Shown: positions 50,124 to 58,820 of the stretch, piece after piece
How the letters are laid out: each line of letters begins with the position of its first letter
How positions within the stretch are numbered: position 1 is the first letter of the stretch
Source: Deltaproteobacteria bacterium
Lineage (GTDB): Bacteria > Myxococcota > Kuafuiibacteriia > Kuafuiibacteriales > Kuafuiibacteriaceae
Reading direction: 5' to 3'
Assembly (NCBI GenBank): GCA_040218735.1
Contig: JAVJQW010000023.1
Span: 288,001 to 352,000 of the forward strand
Length of the DNA stretch: 64,000 nucleotides
Position numbers and translations under genes: made by a program
Notes under the pieces: generated by a model
What the model was told of the DNA's origin: nothing
What the model saw: the letters and a program-made list of their open reading frames with translations, nothing else
Databases searched by the model: none

Positions 50124-50609
50124 ATGGACGACATCGAAGAACGTGTCCTTGCCATCATGAACGCGGCGGCGGAAGGACTCATCAGCGTCCCTGAGCTGCT
50201 CGGGTTCACGGACGACGACGCCGAACGACTCTACGACAGCGCGCTCTCGCTCTACGAACGCGGCGCCACTTCGCAGGCGGAGCTCGTGTTGGAGTGGGTC
50301 GTGAACGCGAAGCCGTACACGGCGCGGTACTGGACGGCCTACGCCGCGACGCTGCAAGCGCGCGAGGCGTTCGTCCCGGCGATTCGCCTGTACACCGTGG
50401 CGCTGACGCTCGACCCCGACGACGTCATCGCGCTCGCCCACCGCGGTGAGTGCTGCCTGCTCGTGGGCCTCGTGGAACGCGGCCTCGACGATCTGGGACG
50501 GGCGTGCGCCCAGGCCCCCCGCTCGGACGAACGCCGCCACTGGGTCGAACACGCCCGCCGACTGCTGGCGCTCCACGAAGGCGTGCGTGCCCTGGCGCCC
50601 GTGGCCTGA
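50124..50609 (+). CDS. SycD/LcrH-family class II T3SS translocator chaperone
   Basis: ELLGFTDDDAERLYDSALSLYERG..AE..PYTARYW..AIRLY..LDPDD..HRGECCL; AGGAGG RBS (alternative start 50106). Confidence 0.82.
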   Translation: MDDIEERVLAIMNAAAEGLISVPELLGFTDDDAERLYDSALSLYERGATSQAELVLEWVVNAKPYTARYWTAYAATLQAREAFVPAIRLYTVALTLDPDDVIALAHRGECCLLVGLVERGLDDLGRACAQAPRSDERRHWVEHARRLLALHEGVRALAPVA

Positions 50610-50654
50610 TCCGAACCACCTCTCGAAACTCAGGAAGAATACTCAGGAGAACTC

Positions 50655-51203
50655 ATGCAGACCGTCACCCGTACCCCACGCTCGAACCGCAACCCCCTTA
50701 GGCTGCGCCGGGTCACCGTCCCCGAGCACACTGTCGTCGCCAAGGAGCTGGGGCGCCAAGACGAAGACCCGCTCGCGATCGATCCCCTGGAGCTGGAGCG
50801 CTTCATCACCCGCGTCATGAAACGCGTGGGACGTGACGCCGTGGATCTGAAACGACTTGGCTTCTACCTTCAGGTCGATCCGTTGGTGCTCCTCCTCAAC
50901 GGTCACACGGACGGTGTGCGCAGGACGGCTTGCGTTCCGGTCCGGGACGACACGACGAGCACCGACGCGGAGGACGTCCTGACCTTCCCGCCGGCGTACG
51001 CGCTCGAGGTGGCGCTCCCCGACGGCGTGGCGCTGAACGTCGCGCTCCCGTCGGCGTTGGACGCCGCCCGTCGGTGGGCGCTCGCCGACGACTCCCGGCG
51101 CCTCGGCGGGTTCGTTCGTCTGCACGTCGTGCCGGACCGCAAGGCGCCCGACGGTGCCCGCACCGCGCTGTGCATCGAGTGCCTCCCCGACGACGTGGAC
51201 TGA
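50655..51203 (+). CDS. hypothetical protein
   Basis: 182-aa ORF with AGGAG RBS; no recognised motif. Confidence 0.6.
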   Translation: MQTVTRTPRSNRNPLRLRRVTVPEHTVVAKELGRQDEDPLAIDPLELERFITRVMKRVGRDAVDLKRLGFYLQVDPLVLLLNGHTDGVRRTACVPVRDDTTSTDAEDVLTFPPAYALEVALPDGVALNVALPSALDAARRWALADDSRRLGGFVRLHVVPDRKAPDGARTALCIECLPDDVD

Positions 51204-51289
51204 GTTCCGCAACACCCCCGAAACGGTTTCGCGAATCACACCTCCGCGCGGTCATAAACCCACGACATCGACTTGGCACGCGCGGTGCT
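51204..51289 (+). promoter_or_regulatory. enhancer palindrome (GTTCCGCAAC-N5-CGAAACGGTTTCG) plus sigma54 promoter (TGGCACGCGCGGTGCT)
   Basis: GG-N10-GC match 42 nt after the palindrome; AAAGGA RBS and ATG follow. Confidence 0.72.
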
Positions 51290-51318
51290 CTCTTCAAGGA
51301 ACGAAAGGAACGACCACC

Positions 51319-52659
51319 ATGCCACCCACCCTGACCATGAAACCCAAGATGCCCGCCATGGATCCCAGCGCGAAGCTGATGGACGACGCCGGGCCCATCA
51401 CGAGCACGAAGTCCTCAGGTTCGTCGGTCGCCGTGGCCGGCGCCGGCGGCGATCCGCCGAAGCGCCCGAACGGTTCTGGCCTGCCGAATGGTCACTACCT
51501 CGACGTCGACCAGACCGGGCGCCTCCCGGTGAAACACCTCAACCTGAAGATGGCGAGCACGACGCCCCCTTCCCGCTTCATCGATCCCGCGACGAAGTCG
51601 GAGCGCTCCGACGCCACGCGGTACCTCGCGCTCCGGCAGAACAGCGCGGCGCGAAACCTGCTCTACAACCCGGGCCCCACGGTGCGGGAGGAGCTGTCGC
51701 TCGCCGCGGGGCGCCTCCACACGATCATGGGCCAGCTCGACGCGCAGGATCAGCGTACGCTCGGAACGCGGCTCCTCGGCGCCGAAGGGATGCTCGCCGG
51801 CCAGGGGCCCGACGCGATCCTCGCGACGCTGGATCGCGTGGCGCGTGAGTTCGACGGCGGCAACCCCACGGCCAACGATCGCGCGATCGTCCTCGCGTTG
51901 ATGGGTGACATCGGCGCGCTCTACGCCGACACCGGCGCGACCACCGGCGTGCAGGGGCGCACCGAGCTCGCCGCAGCGCGACTGCGCGACAACCTCGGCA
52001 ACATCGCCGAGGCATCAGGGCTGCAGGCCGTCCGCCGCGAGGACATCCAGCGTGTGCAGCGACTCGGCGGCTCGGGCGCCGTCGGGCCGACGAAGAAACA
52101 AGAGCGGCAGCGCCCCGAGAACGACAAACCTCCGCGCTCGGGCATTCACAACCTCGGCTTCCAGGCGGACGTCGACCTCGGGACCGACGGACCCACGGAG
52201 CTGACTCCGACGCGCTGGGACGTCGCGACGATCCGCAAGGACCGCGTCGATGAGTCAGCCGAGCCCCTGGTCGGACATATGTCGGGCTCTCCGGCGGAGA
52301 TCCTCCAGGTGTTCGACTTCCTCCGCGGCGTCGGCCGGGACGGTCAGTACACTCAGGTCATGGATCAGCAGCGGGCGCTCCCGATGTTGAACCCCATGCG
52401 GGCGCAACTCACCCCGGCGGCCAACGAGGCCCGACACGCACGCGCGGCGGCGGCGGGGGCGTTCCTCGTAGGCATGGGTTATCACAGCGCCGTCGAAGTC
52501 GCGGAGGGCATTCTGGCGTACACGGGCCAGGACGCCCGCGGCTCGCTCTCCAGCCCGCGGCGCGACGCGGTCGAGCTGCTCGGCCAGGGTGCCGCGACGG
52601 ACCTCCTCACCGACATGTTCGACGGCTACGCCATGCCGCGCGACGAGCCGGAGATGTAA
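51319..52659 (+). CDS. putative T3SS effector with S-HxxxE motif
   Basis: S/T/P-rich disordered N-terminus; PLVGHMSGS and GMGYHSAVEV motifs; shares regulatory motif with T3SS genes. Confidence 0.62.
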   Translation: MPPTLTMKPKMPAMDPSAKLMDDAGPITSTKSSGSSVAVAGAGGDPPKRPNGSGLPNGHYLDVDQTGRLPVKHLNLKMASTTPPSRFIDPATKSERSDATRYLALRQNSAARNLLYNPGPTVREELSLAAGRLHTIMGQLDAQDQRTLGTRLLGAEGMLAGQGPDAILATLDRVAREFDGGNPTANDRAIVLALMGDIGALYADTGATTGVQGRTELAAARLRDNLGNIAEASGLQAVRREDIQRVQRLGGSGAVGPTKKQERQRPENDKPPRSGIHNLGFQADVDLGTDGPTELTPTRWDVATIRKDRVDESAEPLVGHMSGSPAEILQVFDFLRGVGRDGQYTQVMDQQRALPMLNPMRAQLTPAANEARHARAAAAGAFLVGMGYHSAVEVAEGILAYTGQDARGSLSSPRRDAVELLGQGAATDLLTDMFDGYAMPRDEPEM

Positions 52660-52682
52660 CCCACCGGAGCGCAGGATCCGAG

Positions 52683-53285
52683 CTACCGCAGCGCGATCTC
52701 GGCGCAGGCCACCGGCGCGCCGGCGTGTCCGCTGTACCCCTTCCCGTCGTCGTAACGCGCGTGCATCACGAGCGCGCGGCCCATGAGCTCATAGCCGCCG
52801 AAGTCATCGAGCGTCGTGTTCGGCACGACGCGCTCGAGGCGCCCGCGCCGATCCGCTTCGACGAGGAGGTTGCCGAGGTCGCCGAGGTGGTGCTCGGCGG
52901 ACGACGGCCAGCCGTGGTCGTTGCCTTCGGGCGCAAGGTGACCGCCGGTGCTCTGCGCGCCGAGCTCGCAGTCCGCGCGACGATGGATGTGGACGCCGTG
53001 CAAGCCAGGTTGCGCGCGCTCGACCTCGACGCGGACGAGCACACCATCGGCGGTCTCCGAGAGCGCAACGACGCCGACGACGGCGTCGGTGTCGACGTCA
53101 CGGAGCGGCACCACGAGGGTGTCGGTGTCGTCGCGGTCCGCGCGCCAGGCGTCGTGGTCGGGATCAATGAGGTTCGGCGGCGGCGGCGCGGCCGGGACCG
53201 TCTCGGCGACCGTAGGGGCGCGCTCGGTCGTCGCGCACGCGGTCGCGAGGAGGAGGAGGCTGGTCAGGAGCTTCGCGTCGATCAT
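52683..53285 (-). CDS. sodC: Cu/Zn superoxide dismutase family lipoprotein
   Basis: Lipobox ATAC; GLHGVHIH, STGGH, HHLGDLGN, GRALVMH, VAC. Confidence 0.85.
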   Translation of the reverse strand: MIDAKLLTSLLLLATACATTERAPTVAETVPAAPPPPNLIDPDHDAWRADRDDTDTLVVPLRDVDTDAVVGVVALSETADGVLVRVEVERAQPGLHGVHIHRRADCELGAQSTGGHLAPEGNDHGWPSSAEHHLGDLGNLLVEADRRGRLERVVPNTTLDDFGGYELMGRALVMHARYDDGKGYSGHAGAPVACAEIALR

Positions 53286-53431
53286 GCCGAATACGAGGAG
53301 CATGTTTCGGACCAACGACGACGCCGCGTCGTCACCGCTCGGCTCGCGCGACAGAAGGACGCGATCGTGACGGGATGACACGGACCGCGCAGGATTTGAC
53401 CCCCTGATTGGGATCGGCGAGGGTCCGCCGC

Positions 53432-55111
53432 GTGGACGCGAAGGCTCCGGCGCATCCCTTCCTCGATGCGATCCTCGACCAGGCGCCGCGCGTCATGGGC
53501 CTCATGGACCGCGAGGCGCTGAGCCCGACCGTCGGGTGCTGCGACCGGACGTACTGGGCGTGGAAGTTCGTCGACTTCCCGGGCGCGCGGTTCCAGGAGT
53601 CGCTGTGTGTGATGGGCTTCCTGTACGGGACGGAGGCCGCAGGGGAGCCGTACTACGGCAACCCAAACCTCCTCCGATGGATCGAGCTGGGCCTCGACTA
53701 CTGGTGTTCCATTCAATATCGCGACGGCTCCTTCGATGAAGCGTACCCCTACGAGCGCTCGCTCGCGGCGACGGCGTTCACGAGCTTCTACGTCTCGGAG
53801 GGCATCCGGTTCGTCGGCGACGCGCTCCCGCAGGCGACGAAGGCGCGCGCGACCCTCGCGTTGCGGAAGGCCGGCGACTGGCTCGTCACCCACGACGAGC
53901 ACCACGGCTTCCTCTCGAATCACCTCGCGGCCGCGGCCGCCGCGTTGATGAACATTCACCTCCTGACCGGCGACCCGAAGTACAAGGAGCGTTGCCGATA
54001 CTTCGTCGACAAGATCCTCGCGCACCAATCATCGGAGGGTTGGTACGAAGAGTACGGCGGCGCCGACCCGGGCTACCAAACCCACGGTAGCTTCTACCTC
54101 GCGCGGATCTGGCAGCTCGACCCGGACGATCGTCTGCTCGATTCGATCGAACGGTCGATGCGGTTCCTGTCGTACTTCCTGCACGTCGACAAGAGCCTCG
54201 GCGGGGAGTACGCGAGCCGGAACACGCAGACCTACTACCCCGCCGCGTTCGAGATGCTCGCCAGCGAGCGCGGCGTCGCGTCGTGGGTCGCCGACACCAT
54301 GCGCGAAGCGGTGGGCACGGCGAGCGCCGCCGGGCTTCGGTCGGTCGACGCGTACAACTACTTCCCGTTCCTCAACAACCTGGTCTTCGCCCACGTCGCG
54401 TCCGAGGCGCGCACGAAGATGGCGGAACACGATCCGCCGGAGCAGGCGAACGGGGTGGTGTGGTTCCCGAAGGCCGGGCTCGCGCGCGTGCGTAAAGAGG
54501 CCTACGACGCCTACATCGGCGCCCGGAAGGGTGGGGTGTTGAAGGTGTTCGACCGGCGCCGGGGCGCGCTCGTCTACAACGACTGCGGGTACCTCGGCCG
54601 GATGAAGTCGAAGAAGCTCTGCTCCAATCAGTACGAGGACCTGGAGCGTGAGGCCGAGGTCGACGCGCACGGCATTACGGTGCGCGGGCGGTTCGTGCAG
54701 CTGTCGAAGCCGATCATGTCGCCGCTGAAGTTCATGGCGTTCCGCGCGTTCAACATGACGGCGGGGCAGGTACCTCAGCTCGCATTCTGGATGAAGAACG
54801 TCCTGGTGAAGGCCCTCATCTACAAGAAGAAGGAGCTGGACCTGTTCTTCGTGCGGAAGGTGACGCTCGACGAGACGTCGATCGTCGTCCGCGACGTCCT
54901 GAGCGGCGACGCGTCGAGCCTCGCGGAGCTCCGCTGGGAGCCCCAATTCACCACGATCCACATGGGATCCTCGCGTTACTACGTCCCCAACGAGCTGGAA
55001 GTGGCCCGTGGTCCGGCGGCGCGCTTGCAATCGACCTCGGTCCAGTTGGATCGTATCGCCGACGGGCTGCAAATCGAGCGGCGCGTCAGCTTCGACGAGG
55101 ATCCGGCTTGA
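53432..55111 (+). CDS. hypothetical protein, alpha/alpha-toroid (heparinase II/III-like) of glycan loci
   Basis: GCCDRTYWAWKFVDF, Q.RDGSFDE.YPYE, Q..EGWYEEYGGADPGY, GGEYASRNT; upstream of a GT2. Confidence 0.65.
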   Translation: MDAKAPAHPFLDAILDQAPRVMGLMDREALSPTVGCCDRTYWAWKFVDFPGARFQESLCVMGFLYGTEAAGEPYYGNPNLLRWIELGLDYWCSIQYRDGSFDEAYPYERSLAATAFTSFYVSEGIRFVGDALPQATKARATLALRKAGDWLVTHDEHHGFLSNHLAAAAAALMNIHLLTGDPKYKERCRYFVDKILAHQSSEGWYEEYGGADPGYQTHGSFYLARIWQLDPDDRLLDSIERSMRFLSYFLHVDKSLGGEYASRNTQTYYPAAFEMLASERGVASWVADTMREAVGTASAAGLRSVDAYNYFPFLNNLVFAHVASEARTKMAEHDPPEQANGVVWFPKAGLARVRKEAYDAYIGARKGGVLKVFDRRRGALVYNDCGYLGRMKSKKLCSNQYEDLEREAEVDAHGITVRGRFVQLSKPIMSPLKFMAFRAFNMTAGQVPQLAFWMKNVLVKALIYKKKELDLFFVRKVTLDETSIVVRDVLSGDASSLAELRWEPQFTTIHMGSSRYYVPNELEVARGPAARLQSTSVQLDRIADGLQIERRVSFDEDPA

Positions 55112-56199
55112 GCGAACGAGAGAACCTGGACCTGACGGTCGTGTGCCCGTTCTACAACGAGGGCGCGCTCATCCAGAAGAACATCGTCAAGATGCTCACG
55201 CGTCTGAAGACGCTCGACCTGACGTGGGAGCTCATCGTCGTCAACGACGGGTCGACGGACGAATCGCTCGAGCTCGCGCGCGCGGCGGCACCTGACGAGC
55301 CCCGGCTGAAGATCCTCAGCTACTCGAAGAACAAGGGCCGCGGGCACGCGCTGCGCACCGGTATCACCGCGGCGCGTGGTGACGTCATCGTCACCACGGA
55401 GGCAGACCTGTCGTGGGGCGAGGACGTGGTCGAGAACCTCTACGCGGCGATGCAGAAGTGGCCGGACGCGGACGTCGTCGTCGGCAGCCCAAACCTCGAG
55501 GGGGGCGGCTACGAGAACGTCCCGTACAAACGCGTGCTGTTGTCGCGGCTCGGCAACACGATCATTCGGACGTTCATGCTCGACGTGTGCACGATGAACA
55601 CCGGCATGACGCGGGCGTACCGACGCGAGGTGATCCAAACGCTCCCGCTGTTCGCGAACCAAAAAGAGTTTCACGTCGAGGTCATCCTCAAGGCACACGC
55701 GCTCAACCTCACGATCAAAGAGATCCCCGCGGTCCTGACTTGGCCCCCGGAGCGCCACGCGTCGGGGCCCAAGAAGAAGGGCGGCTTCTTCGCGTCGAAG
55801 CTGTTCAAGTTCGTCATCACGCACAGCATGATGAGCATCACCGGCAACCCCACGCGGTACATCTGGGGGCTGTCGATGATCGCGTTCGTGCTGAGCATGG
55901 TCTTCCTCGGCGTCGCCGTCGTGAACTACGTCCTCGGCCTGATCTCCGCGTACACCGCGTTGCTCGCGGTCTCGTTGTTCATCCTCGCGCTGGTGTTGTT
56001 CGTGTTCGGCGTCGTGCTCCACCAAGGGTCGACCGTGCTGCGGGAGATCTGGGTCATGCAGCGCCAACAGATGATGGCGACGCGCCGGCCCGGCGGTTCC
56101 ATCTACGAGGTCGCGGCGACGCGCGTGAACGAGCCGTCGAGCCAAGCCATCGAGCCCGTCGCCGCCGTCGCTCCGGAGCGGCCGGTCGCTCCGTCCTGA
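55108..56199 (+). CDS. glycosyltransferase family 2 (polyprenol-phosphate GT-like)
   Basis: PFYNE, VNDGSTD, NKGRGHAL..G, EAD, two C-terminal TMs. Confidence 0.88.
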   Translation: MSERENLDLTVVCPFYNEGALIQKNIVKMLTRLKTLDLTWELIVVNDGSTDESLELARAAAPDEPRLKILSYSKNKGRGHALRTGITAARGDVIVTTEADLSWGEDVVENLYAAMQKWPDADVVVGSPNLEGGGYENVPYKRVLLSRLGNTIIRTFMLDVCTMNTGMTRAYRREVIQTLPLFANQKEFHVEVILKAHALNLTIKEIPAVLTWPPERHASGPKKKGGFFASKLFKFVITHSMMSITGNPTRYIWGLSMIAFVLSMVFLGVAVVNYVLGLISAYTALLAVSLFILALVLFVFGVVLHQGSTVLREIWVMQRQQMMATRRPGGSIYEVAATRVNEPSSQAIEPVAAVAPERPVAPS

Positions 56200-56200
56200 C

Positions 56201-57697
56201 GTGCAGTTCGGCGAGCTCCTCTACGCTTCGCAGCACCGCCCCGAGACGCGAGTCCACCGCGTCACGCAGGGGATCGTGTGGGCGTTCATCGGTGTCTCCA
56301 TCGCGCTGGTCGCGGCGGAGCTGATGTTCGAAGTCCCCGCCCGGCTGCACACGTGGTTCGTCTGGGTCGATCGCGCCACGCTCGTCGTGTTCGGCATCGA
56401 TCTCGTCCTGATGGTCGGCACGTACCGACCGCCCGAGCTCGACGTCTTCAACGGCTCGCCGCTGTGGCGCTTGCGGCGTCACGTCATCGATCGCGTGCGG
56501 TTCCTGTTCCGTCCTTTGGTGATGATCGACGTCATCACGCTGCTCGCGTTGGTCCCGGCGCTGCGCGCGCTGCGGGTGCTCCGCCTGTTGAAGCTCCTCA
56601 ACGGCGTTCAGTTCTTCCGGTACTCGAACCCGATCCTCGGCGTCTTCCGGAGCTTCGCGGAAAACAAACTCCTCTACCAGGGGACACTCGGGCTCCTCGG
56701 CGTGGTGGTCATCGCGGCGGGCGGCAGCATCTACCTGCTAGAGGTCGGCCAGAACGACAGCATCAAGACGCTCCAAGACGGCATCTGGTGGGCGTTGGTC
56801 ACGGTGACGACGGTGGGGTTCGGGGACATCGCGCCGAAGTCGCCGGAGGGGCGCATCGTCGCGAGTGTCCTGATGGTCTGTGGGATGTTCACGCTCGCGT
56901 TGTTCGCCGGCATCGTGAGCTCGACGATGCTCGAGATCATGATGCGGCTCAGGGAGGAGCAGTTTCGTATGACGACTCACACCAATCACGTCGTCGTCTG
57001 TGGGTACGACGCGGGCTCGCGGATGCTCCTGGAGTCCATCCTCGAGGAGAAGATCGTCCAGAGCGATCGCGAGGTGATCATCTTCGCGCCCTACGAGCGG
57101 CCCCCCGATCTCCCGGATGAGTTCACGTGGATTCGCGGTGACCCGACGAAGGAGAGTGAGCTCGAGAAGGTGAAGGTCGCGCACGCCAACGCAGTGATCG
57201 TGGTGGGGCAGCGCTCCAAGTCGATCGGCGAGGCGGACGCGACCACGATCCTCACGCTGTTCACGCTGCGCTCCTACGCGGCGAAGACGCGGCTCGAGGA
57301 GCGCCGAAAGAAACCCATCTACATCGTCGCGGAGATCCTCGACGCCGAGAACGTCGCCCACGCCTATGCGGCCGGCGCCAACGAAGTCATCGAAACCACG
57401 CGCCTCGGTTTCTCACTCATGGCCCACGCCCTCACCGCCCACGGCTCCGGCGAGGTCCTCGGCAGCGTCGCCTCCGCGAGCGCAGCGAGTGTCTACGTCG
57501 GCGTGACACCCATCGAACCCGGCGCCAACTACGGCGACATCGCGCAGCGCGTGCGCCGCGAGCACGGCGTCACCGTGATCGGCGTGCGCGACATGGAGAC
57601 GGGGGCCCTGGTGCTGTCGCCGACGGACGAAACAGCGCTGTCGCCGGGGCAGGCTATCGTCTATCTCGCGAACCAGCCGGTGCTCGAGTCGGTCTGA
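56201..57697 (+). CDS. potassium channel with RCK/TrkA-N domain
   Basis: S4-like LRALRVLRLLK; WWALVTVTTVGFGD filter; NHVVVCGY; GDPT. Confidence 0.9.
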   Translation: MQFGELLYASQHRPETRVHRVTQGIVWAFIGVSIALVAAELMFEVPARLHTWFVWVDRATLVVFGIDLVLMVGTYRPPELDVFNGSPLWRLRRHVIDRVRFLFRPLVMIDVITLLALVPALRALRVLRLLKLLNGVQFFRYSNPILGVFRSFAENKLLYQGTLGLLGVVVIAAGGSIYLLEVGQNDSIKTLQDGIWWALVTVTTVGFGDIAPKSPEGRIVASVLMVCGMFTLALFAGIVSSTMLEIMMRLREEQFRMTTHTNHVVVCGYDAGSRMLLESILEEKIVQSDREVIIFAPYERPPDLPDEFTWIRGDPTKESELEKVKVAHANAVIVVGQRSKSIGEADATTILTLFTLRSYAAKTRLEERRKKPIYIVAEILDAENVAHAYAAGANEVIETTRLGFSLMAHALTAHGSGEVLGSVASASAASVYVGVTPIEPGANYGDIAQRVRREHGVTVIGVRDMETGALVLSPTDETALSPGQAIVYLANQPVLESV

Positions 57698-58820
57698 CGA
57701 GCCCACCCAGCCACGCGCTGGCCGCGCGGACCGACGCGTAGGTCGTACGCATGACGCCGAAGTGGATCGAACGGACCGCGCGCGTCGCCGGCGCGAGGGG
57801 TTCGATCGCCTCGATGACGTCGTAGGGGCGGGCCGCGATCGCCTCGTGCGCGGTTTGGATCGTGGTCGTCCCCGCGCCGACGGCATCCGCAACGATCGAA
57901 ACGTAGGGGGACAGCTTTCGAGGCGACGCGTCGACGGGTCGCGGCGTGTTCACCGGTGCGTCCCGCGGGGGGCCGCAGCGAGCGGCGATCCACGCGTAGA
58001 CGTCGGCGTGGTGCGCGAGCGTGAGGTGCGCGAGGCCCGGGAACACGCCGACCCGCTCCGACTCGAGCCCGGCCGATGCGCTGTCGAGGCGGACGAGGCC
58101 GTCCCCGAGCGCAAACGCGGCGACCGCGCCCCGCAGCGTTCCGCCGACGGCGTAGTGTTCGATGCGCGGGTCGAGCGGCACCTCGGCGCCGCCTTCGACG
58201 AGGTCGCCGCGCCGTAGGTCGCGCACGGCGGCGCTCCGCAGCTCGGCGACCTCGGCGACGGCGTTCACGACGGGTTCGTCGACGACGTCGAGTGCGGCGG
58301 CCACCAAGTGCCCGACGCGAGCGACCGGCGAGCCGAGGTGCGGCGAACCGACGTAGAACGCGCAACGCACCCGACTCGACCACGTGTGCTCCGCGCCGTA
58401 GTGGCACGCGCTACGAATGACGAGGCCGCCGAGGCTGTGCCCGATGAGGGTCAGCGACTCAATCGGTGCGTCGGCGTTCGTCACGAGGTCTTCGAGGAGG
58501 CCAGCGAGCGCGAGGCCGTTCTCGAAGATGGGCAGGCCCGTGTTGTAGCGGACGTAGAGCGGAGTCAGGTGAAGGTCGCGCGCGAGGAGGCGCCCATAGT
58601 CGAGCTCTGGCTCGCCGGGGAAGCTCCAGCAACGCTCGTTGCAGCCGAGGCCGTGCACGAACACGACGACGTGTTGGGCGCCCTCCGCCGGCGCGGTCGC
58701 GCGTGCGCCGCGATCGTAGAACGCCATGTCGATCGCGAGCGGACTGCCGCGCTCGGCGAGGGTGTCGCCTAAGGCGGCGTTGAGCGCGGCGTCACCCGCG
58801 TCGATCCACGCGCCGCTCAC
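57654..58820 (-). CDS. PGAP1-like alpha/beta hydrolase
   Basis: FVHGLG, RYNTG, GHSLGG, GSPHLGSP, GDGLV..SA, terminal His. Confidence 0.85.
   Translation of the reverse strand: MSGAWIDAGDAALNAALGDTLAERGSPLAIDMAFYDRGARATAPAEGAQHVVVFVHGLGCNERCWSFPGEPELDYGRLLARDLHLTPLYVRYNTGLPIFENGLALAGLLEDLVTNADAPIESLTLIGHSLGGLVIRSACHYGAEHTWSSRVRCAFYVGSPHLGSPVARVGHLVAAALDVVDEPVVNAVAEVAELRSAAVRDLRRGDLVEGGAEVPLDPRIEHYAVGGTLRGAVAAFALGDGLVRLDSASAGLESERVGVFPGLAHLTLAHHADVYAWIAARCGPPRDAPVNTPRPVDASPRKLSPYVSIVADAVGAGTTTIQTAHEAIAARPYDVIEAIEPLAPATRAVRSIHFGVMRTTYASVRAASAWLGGLVRPTRAPAGSRDRR

Noticed and set aside
51154-51318. Longer annotated start of the effector ORF
   Set aside because: It overlaps the upstream gene and the promoter elements; ATG 51319 has an RBS.
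38042-52659. Island as a mobile element
   Set aside because: No integrase, transposase, tRNA or flanking direct repeat was seen.
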